Both the position numbers and the translations under genes were made by a program. A stretch of 64,000 nucleotides of DNA, taken from positions 682,001 to 746,000 of the forward strand of contig CBFFRQ010000043.1 in assembly GCA_965644315.1 (NCBI GenBank). Reading direction: 5' to 3'. Source of the DNA: Caecitellus pseudoparvulus. Lineage: Eukaryota; Protista; Bigyra: Bicosoecida. The notes under the pieces are model-generated. The model saw only the letters and a program-made list of their open reading frames with translations, was not told the DNA's origin and did no database searches. Positions 56,196-64,000 of the stretch are shown here, one piece after another (the first letter of the stretch is position 1; every line of letters begins with the position of its first letter).

Positions 56196-56860
56196 AAGTG
56201 GCGCACTGGGCCAGGCTTGGGGGGGGCACAACCCGGTGGGCGCTGTCGCCGATGCAGTGCACAGGCAAGTGTGATGCAGGCAAGACATCATCAGTTTGGT
56301 AATCCTTTCCTGTGATTTGCCTTCGTGCATCTCACAAGTAAAGTTTTATCTGCAATGACGAAAGGACCCGCGACTGAACCTGTATGAATTATACGGCGGG
56401 ACTGGTGGACGGAGAATGGCGACAACATCTTCCCCACCTTTCGGAGCTACCACAACGAAAGTTGACAAACCCCTCAAACAAATGGCAGAGCAAAGCGTTC
56501 GAGTGTGGGCGCCAATCGGGCGTGTTCAGGCCTCCGATTTCCGCACCTCACGTTTTGAGCTGCGTGTGAGCCACGGCCGAGACAATGCAGATGAAAGGAA
56601 AGTGCCCCCAATGTACTTGACACCTGATGTGAGCACACCTAAACTTGGAGTCGCAGAGGGCGAGGTCTTCCCGCTCAGGCAGGCCGACTCCAAATGTGCC
56701 TCCCCCGGCAAAACCAAGTCGCGTCGTGCCGATGAGCAGAAAGGGTAGGGGCTTGATTGCATTCTGCTCGTGTTGCATCTGTGCCTCCCTTTACCTTCCA
56801 TAGCAGTCGCCCTGTGCCGCGCCTGCGACTGAAGAACGGGGCAATTTCCGCTCCACGAGC

Positions 56861-57698
56861 ATGGAGCCCCTGCCAGTGGCAGCACAGGCGTCGGTGGAGG
56901 AAGCCTTCGTGCGTCTTGTCGTGCAAGTCCTGATGAGAGCTTGTCCCAGCGCACCCCGCCTGCCACACGCCTGCACAGGAAGCGTACTTCCTGGAACTGG
57001 CGGCTGAAGTGAAGGCCGCCCACGGCGCCGCCATTGCCAAGTCCCCCCTCGCCGGGCCAGAGGCGCAAAACGTGCTCATAGGTGCAGCAGACCATGTTCG
57101 AGCCATGCTGCAGGCACATCCTGGCCTACTCACGCCCCAGGGGGCGCTGGCCGAGGACGGCGGAGCTGCGCCCATGTACCACGTTGCCCAGCGTGTGCTG
57201 GATGACATTCGCAGCGCAGCCCGGATGCGGGAGGGGGGCACAGCGCTCCCAGCAGCGTGTGCTGGTCTCCCTGAGGTGCCTGCTCCTGCACACCCTGCTG
57301 CAAGCGGGACCCGGCCCAAGCTCAAGCGAGCTTTGGAGGCTGCCTTCGAAGCGGCTGTGCAGGGCGGCGCTTCCGTGGACTCGGCGCCTCCGCCTGCACC
57401 AGAGGTGAACCCAGAGGCCACACAGGAAAGTGTCATGGCCAAGCTCCAGGCCATGCAGCGCAGGCTGGTGGAGGCGCGGTGGGCCCCCGGCCAGCCCTTC
57501 CCGCCAGACATCGGCAACCCACTGGACATCTTCCGAGGCGAGACTCACCTGCTGCCGCCAGACTTACTGAAAGCCCTGCAAGGGATGGTAGGCTCGTCTA
57601 CGGGTCCCACTGCGTCACAGAGTGCGGCTGGCCAGACGGCGACAGGCGCCCCGGACGTGATTGAGCCCGATGACAGTGAGGACGACGGCTGGGAATGA
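56861..57698 (+). CDS. Uncharacterised protein
   Basis: Exon 56861-56908, phase-0 GT-AG intron 56909-56978, in-frame exon to TGA at 57698. Confidence 0.65.
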
Positions 57699-57790
57699 CG
57701 CCTGACCTCAGCAGCCCACACGCGCGGGCAAAACTCTGACACAGGGCACAGAACTACATGTCTCTTTCTAATACAAGCACATACAGCGCC

Positions 57791-60764
57791 ATGAGCGGCT
57801 CCAGGCGGCCCTCCGGGGCGGGCACCACGCGTGAGTGGAGGCTGGAGCTGCGTTGACTCTCGATTTCCGCACAGTGCCACCCCCTCCCCTGCGCCACAGC
57901 TGACCTGCAAGACCCTGATTCCTTCCTCACCCTCGTAGAGCAGCGAGACAAAATGTTGGCTGATGAAGCTGCTGTGCGTCATCGAGCGCTTTGCACGCGC
58001 CTCCAATCCCGGCCTTGAGCGGTGTCTTGCTCGGCGCCCACAGGCCAGGCAGCGCCGGGAGACCTCCAGACATCGCCAAGGACTCTATGCACGGCGGTTC
58101 CGCATCATCGGGTGGTGGTGGGAGCACAAGTTCAGGCACCTGCGCTTCGCACAGGCGATGCGGGCTGCCTTTCAAACCCCGTCCCTGTACTCCATTCCAC
58201 ACGAGCAGCAGACCTACTGGCTGCCCCGCAGGCACTTCTTCGCAGCGTGGGCCTTTGCTGTGGACACTGACCCGGCCATTCTCAGGCGAGGCGAGCTGGA
58301 GTCGTTCATGGAACTGGCCTGGCAGATGTTTGACGTGTCCGTGGCCGGCAGCGTGGACTACAGGGAAGTGCTGTGCGTCTGGAGCGCCGTGCGCTTGGAG
58401 TGGCACACGTCAGCGCAGGGATTCTTGCAGCAGTGCTTTCGCAACTACGATGGCGATGTCCGGGGGGGGGTGTCACTCTCCGACTTGCGGAGCCTCCTGG
58501 TCTGCCTGTGCACCAACGAGGGCGAAGCGCGCAAGGTGCTCGCACTCGCAGACTTCTCCCTGCTCCAGCCGGCGGCCGATGAGGCAGGGGACTCCCCCGC
58601 TGGTGCAGTCAAGTATGGCCCTGACGAGCCGTTCTTGCTTGGAATCGAACGGCACTTGGGCGAAGTGGAGGCCGCACGGGGAGACCGTCGCCGGTTACGG
58701 GCGCTCGCACGCAAACAGGCACTGGCGACCCGCACGAGGCAGGGGTCAAGCTCGCGTGGGAGGGAAGTGGATGGGGAGCGAGTTTCCGTCGACCCCATCA
58801 CAGGGGAGCCTGTCTCTGCGACAGCGGGCTCCTGGGTGACTCTGCGAGCCATGAACCGCATGCTGAACGGCAGCCAAGACTTGCTGCAGCACTTGGAAGA
58901 GCTGCTGCGCAGGCGCCTTCCCCCCACAGTGGCGGCCAAGAGAATACGACGGCAGCTGGAACGCCGGTGTGCATTGGCGGCTGAGCAGATCGCCCGTGTG
59001 CACGGCGAGCTGCGCCTGCGGGATGCTCTGCTCATGTGGTCCCACCAGTCCCTTCGCCGGTGGTTCAACGAATGGAAGGTGGAAATCGGCAGAGACATCA
59101 TCCTCCGGCGCAAGGTTGCACTCCTTGCCCGCACGAGGGTCGTCCGAGCGTGGAGGAAGTGGGCCTACAGTGCTGCCCGTCAACGCGCCAAACTCCACCT
59201 CGCCAGGGAGCGGCGCCGGCGCAAACGCAAGCGTGAGGCTTTTCGTGCTTGGCGTGTGTGGCTCCTGACAGCGCTCCGCATGTCAGCGCTGCAGCATCTA
59301 CGTGCAGAGCGCTCGTATGAGTTTGCCATGAGGGAGAAGGTGTTCCATGGCTGGCGGATGGCAGCGTTGACGACCAAGGCGTACAAACATCATGCAGAGG
59401 CAGTCGTCCGGAAGGCGCTGCAGGGATGGAAGCAAGCGCTGGTTGTGCTGCGCGAAGAGACTGCGTACGTTGACCCCGATGCCGAGGTGAAGGAGCGCCT
59501 GGCAGCTGGCAAGGAGGTGTTCAACATCTTGCGAGTGGGCGACGACGAGCCTGACGAGGCTGCCATTGCAGAGCTCAAGCGCGCCGAGGCAGCTGCTGAG
59601 CGCATCCAGGCTGACATAGAGTGGAGCCGGTTGGAACAAGAGGCCGCCGAGCTGGCCGAGGCAGCAGCGCTGGAGGCAGAGCAGGCCCGCGTCGCGGCGC
59701 TGGAGGAGGGCGCGCTGCGGCGCAAGCAGCAGGCGGCAGCCCGCGAAGCTCGCCGCGAGGCTGAGGCCCGGCAGTGGCGAGACGCGTTTGAGGAGGAGTG
59801 GACTGTGAAGTTTGAAGTTGAGGAGAAGGCAGCCCGGGCAGATGCAGAGGCAGTCGTTGCCCGGGGCAAAGACAGGGCCGTCGCGAAGGAGGTGAAGGAG
59901 CTCACGAAGACCCTTGTGGGCGGGCAGGCAGGCTTGGAAGAGCTCACGCAGCCGTTCTCGCACTTTTCTGTGAAGGCAGAGGGAGATGCCCACCTGCTCT
60001 TCACGCACTCTCTGACAGGGCAGCAAGTGTCCACAGCGGGGCTGCGCAAGAAGGAAGCAGCTGTTGTGGCGAAGGAACACGTCGTCGGGCGCCTCGTTGC
60101 GAAGCACATGCAGACGCTGCAAGATGCCAAGGCGCATGCAGAAGCTGCACACGTGCAAGACCGAGCAGTGCGGCAGATAGCCTCCGCTTGGCGGTCTTTC
60201 AAGTGGTTCAATGTGCTGCTGCAGCTCAGTCGCCGATACGTCCAGCAGCTCGTGGACCCAGACACCGGGGAGCCGTACTACTTTGACATCCGCACCCAGC
60301 GCCGCTTCACACAGAAGCCTTCCATGTTCAGGTCCACAGAAGTGCAGCCGCAGCCCATGGCCTGGAGAAGGAACGACCCTGACACGGGTGGCAGTGTGTA
60401 CATCCTGCGCCGCGCTCCGTGGCAGCGCAACCCCACGCCACCGCCAGGCTTTCGCCTGTGCATGGCTTGCGGGGTGGAGTTGGCGGATCGGCGCTGTTAT
60501 GGAGGGGGGTGTGATGGCTTTGCCTATTGTTTCTCCTGCTGGGCGAGCCATCATCCCCAGGACGACGCCCTGTTTGAGCACTTGGAGCACGTGCAACACG
60601 TGCCCGTGGCTCGGGCACAGTGTGCGCACTTCCCTGAACAGCCTGCATGCATCCAGACATGGGCCCCAGAACTGGCATATGATGTGTTTTCCGAGGACGG
60701 CTTTTATGCCGCCTGCAGCGACGCTGGGCTGGATGCAGAGGGAGTGGAGAGCACTGACCTGTGA
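57791..60764 (+). CDS. EF-hand, Sfi1-like repeat, IQ, WW and B-box-like protein
   Basis: EF loops DVSVAGSVDYRE and DGDVRGGVSLSD. W-spaced repeats (RRWFNEWK, AFRAWR, VFHGWR, ALQGWK). IQ-like QIASAWRSFK, WW-like DPDTGEPYYFD..T...QKP, CMAC..C...C..YCFSCWASHH. Confidence 0.75.
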
Positions 60765-60932
60765 AAACGGAGCAGTGTCGCATGCAATGCAGCCCCCAGC
60801 CGTCTCGCCAACGAACAGACGCTGCTGCAGCTCAAAGCCGTCATGTTGAGAACGTGCTCCGTACCGAGGGGGGGTTCTGGGCTCCGCCACGATCCCAGGC
60901 GTGCAGCAAGGGACACCGACAGAGTGCCAACC

Positions 60933-63900
60933 ATGGCTGACGAAGCCGTGCACAGCGCCGCCCAAGCGGTGAAGGACGCTGCTGCAGGGGATGCCAGCGC
61001 GAGGGAGCGGCACAAGCAAGGCCAGCGGACCGCCCAGCTGAGCAAAGTCCACCGAAAGCTCGAAGAACGCCGTGCTCAACGCGAGGGGGCTGCGACGCCT
61101 GCGTCCCCAGAGACCGAGGCCAGCTCGGCTGCTGCCGCTGAGATCTTCGCAGCAGCGGTAGAGACCGCAGAGAAGGTGTGGGTTAAGGTTGCACCGGAGG
61201 ACGAACCCTTCAAGTGGAAGTATGTCGCCCGTGCAGAGCTGCTGAAGGCCCAGCAAGCGATCCGGGACCTGCTGCCCGGCGATGGAGATGCAGATGTGCG
61301 TACAGCTCCAAAGAGCCGCAGGAAGGAAGCCCTGTCGCGCACCTGAGCCGCCCTGCTTGCTCCAGGTGTTGCATGACTTAGTTGCTCGACTTGAACGCCG
61401 GATCGGAGTGAACTACGTGCAATGCGAGGAGAATGCGGGTACGTCGCCGTTTCGTGCGAAACGCAAGCGTCGCCGGTCGTCAAACCCGGACCCCTCTAGC
61501 ACGCAGCTGGGTCCCTCGCGCTCACACGTGCATTGAACCGTCTTGAACGGCGGCTCCCCTTGCTGGTAAAGGAGTTAGACGGCAAGGCCGTGCCCTCGGG
61601 CAACACCTGCGTGCTGGCTTCAGTGCTGGGTGCCACGACAGTGCTGGGCATGGGCATCGACGTCTTGGACGCGTGCAACTACAAGGCTCTGCTCACCAGT
61701 GGTTGGGGCAACCCCCTTCGCGCCTACTTGCACCTGCGCAAGGCCGACATCGTGTACGAACTCGTCACGTCGTGCCTGGCCAAGCACCTGCCGTCAGCCC
61801 TGCACGCCTTCGCAATGAAGCCCATCTCCGAGTTGTCGTCTGCCCATGAAGGCTCAGAGACACTGGCAAGTGCCGTGACAATCGTGCTTCCTGGTGGGGG
61901 TGGCGGGGAGCCGGACAGGGAGCTGTCGCCCCGTTCCCTGGTAGCCCTCGCCTCCCGTCTGCGCTCCTCCGTCGTCACGCTGCAGGCGCTGTACACCCAC
62001 ACCGCCTTCTACCATGCCCAAGTGCTCACACCGCTGGGCCTGCGCTCGCTGGCAGCCCAGGCTGTGGAGCGCACCCTTCTGCGCCAGCTCAAGTTCCAGC
62101 TGCCCTTCCTCAGTGACTCTGCCGCTGCCACGATGGTGGGGCAGTTGCAGGCGACCGGCCTGCCCAGCCCCCCCCCCGCCACCCCCGACGCCGACGCCTC
62201 TGAGGGGGTGGAGCTGCCTGCACACATCGCGTCCAACCTGCGCATGCACACCGCCGGCACGGGGGATGCAGAGGCCCTGGATGCTCTGCAGTGGGCTCGC
62301 TTTGCCATGAAGCTGTCAGACTACTACGCCATCCGGCGGCAGTACACCGCCGCCGCGCACTGCCTGCGGGCGGCTGACATCATCCTGGGCAGGGAGACGG
62401 CCCGGCGCGCGGCTTGCAGGGGCGGTGCGGCGCAGGCAGGGCAGGCCGCCGCGCCCCCGCCCCCTGTTGGAGACGCCGATGTGCCCGCTCCACCGACACC
62501 TGGTGAGTCTGCGCCTGCAGCCAGTGCCCAGGGTGGGCAGGCGGAGCAGGAGGATGAGGAGGAGGAGGATGAATCGTACTTGCAAGCCCTGGCGCTGAGC
62601 CGCATGCATTGGGGCATGTTGCACACTGCCGTGCTGAAGCACGCCCGGGACGCCCGCCTGAGCGCAGCGCTTGGGCAGGACCTGGTGGGGGAGGATGAGG
62701 AGGAAGAAGCCGAACCGCCGCTGGTGTCAGCAGAGGACCTGACCAAGCTCAGGGCAGCCAGTGGCGGGGCAGCTGCACGTGGGGCCGGGCTGCCTCCGGT
62801 GGAGGAGGCTGGTGTGGAGGGCAGCCTGGCCCCCGAGCACAGGGACTTGGAGCTGCCGGTGCCAGACGCCACTGCAGGCATGGCGAGGCTGTCCTGCCTG
62901 CCCAGTGTCGCGGCGGTGGGGGACCTCATCAGTCTGGAGGAGGCGGAGGCGCTGCTGGAGGACCAGGCGGCGAGGCGGGCCAGTGAGCAAGACGGTGACG
63001 CCGCCGCCCCCTTTGCCGACCTCATCAAGAGCTTTGTGCTGGAAGGGAGCGAAGGGCCGGAGGCAGCACAGGCTGCCCGGGACCCGCACTCCACAGCGCA
63101 TGTCGACCTCCTGCTGCCTGAGCAGCTGGTTGGTGCGTCGTCGCACGCCAGTGTCGCCGCACCGCCGTGCCACGCTCACGAACCCCGCTCCGCTCCACGC
63201 ACAGACTTTGCCATGGCCAGCCAGGTGTTCCGCCTGGCCAATGCAGCCTTGCTGGAGGCGCAGAAGTTCTTCGTCCTGAACGGCTTCGTGACGGACCACC
63301 TGGCCATCCTCACTGCCCAGGCATCCTGCTACAAATACGTACGGGCTGCTCGTGCTCTGTTCTGCCCGTGCGCTGCCGTGTGTTTTTCACTCGCTCGGCC
63401 CCTGCGCAGGTGGCCATGTTTGAGTCGGACTTGAAGCGCAAGCAAGCCATGCACTCACGGCGGCTGACTCTCCTGGGGCCCATGCTGGACGTGCTGAACC
63501 CATCCATTTACTTCAACCTGCACAAGGAGGTGTCTTTGGAGTGTGGCCACGCCGCTGCAGACATGATGGACCTGCGCAGGGAACGCGTCACACAGCGCCT
63601 GGCAGCTGCGCGGGCAGCAGGCGCGTCGCCCGTGCCCACCGCCGCAGAGGCTGCTGGGGTCAACGACCTGTCTGCGCGGGCCATCGGCTTCTTCCACCAC
63701 TTCATCCGCTGCTACAGCGACGAGCGCTTGGCCGGCCACCCAGTGCCCATGCCCCCCGCCCACGCATTCACAGCGCCCACGTTGGAGAGCTGCCTCAGTG
63801 CGCGTGCTGCGGCGGCGTTCGACTCGGGGCACTATGCAGGCACAAAGGTGGAGGAGCCGCTGCCTGGCTTCACCAGCATTGATGACGAGAGCTTGGAGGC

Positions 63901-64000
63901 GTACTTCACGGCCCACTTCTACATCACACGCCTGCTGCAACGCCGCGTTATGACCAGCGTGGAAGGCCGAGTCGCAGACCTCACGGGGTGCCTGGAGCGG
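60933..64000 (+). CDS. KIFBP: KIF-binding protein (KBP), truncated by the window end
   Basis: PEDEPFKWKYVAR, LYTHTAFYHAQV, TLLRQL, WARFAMKLSDYY, FVLNGFVTDH, AMFESDLKRKQAMHSRR, LNPSIY. Several introns. Confidence 0.88.

Noticed and set aside
56200-56850. 110-aa ORF 56416-56748 and C/D-box-like words in an AT-richer gap
   Set aside because: No codon bias or motif in the ORF. Box spacing is too short and there is no terminal stem, so no support for a gene or snoRNA.

Overview
GC-rich (roughly two-thirds G+C by eye), very gene-dense nuclear DNA of a flagellated protist. Short GT-AG spliceosomal introns (mostly 60-90 nt, GTGCGT/GTGAGT/GTGGGT donors), DRC5, mitochondrial HslV and a standalone SRP M-domain protein suggest a heterotrophic stramenopile-like lineage (inference only). 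About 33 protein genes can be reconstructed by hand across introns. Recognised: JMJD7, GH113 glycosidase, RHBDD1-like rhomboid, LONRF, ACADM, AMP deaminase, DRC5, a divergent Rab, a SAM methyltransferase, MRG15, TANGO2, eIF2-alpha, LEO1, REEP/Yop1, an OSCA/TMEM63 channel, SEC11, an IBTK-like protein, an HMG-box protein, mL41, HslV, proteasome beta6, Rieske ISP, a Myb protein and KIFBP, plus several orphans. No rRNA, tRNA, CRISPR array or transposon was recognised. The strongest unexplained signal is the hexamer AATGCA within about 60 nt of the stop codon in 17 of 32 gene 3' ends, a candidate lineage-specific mRNA 3'-processing signal that convergent genes share as the palindrome AATGCATT. Other highlights: an OSCA channel carrying a SUEL-type lectin domain, DRC5 with an inserted Cys4 module, a mitochondrion-targeted SRP M-domain-only protein, a TANGO2 with a membrane hairpin, and an intron-containing bacterial-type GH113. 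Exon boundaries are manual predictions and domain calls come from remembered motifs, not database searches.
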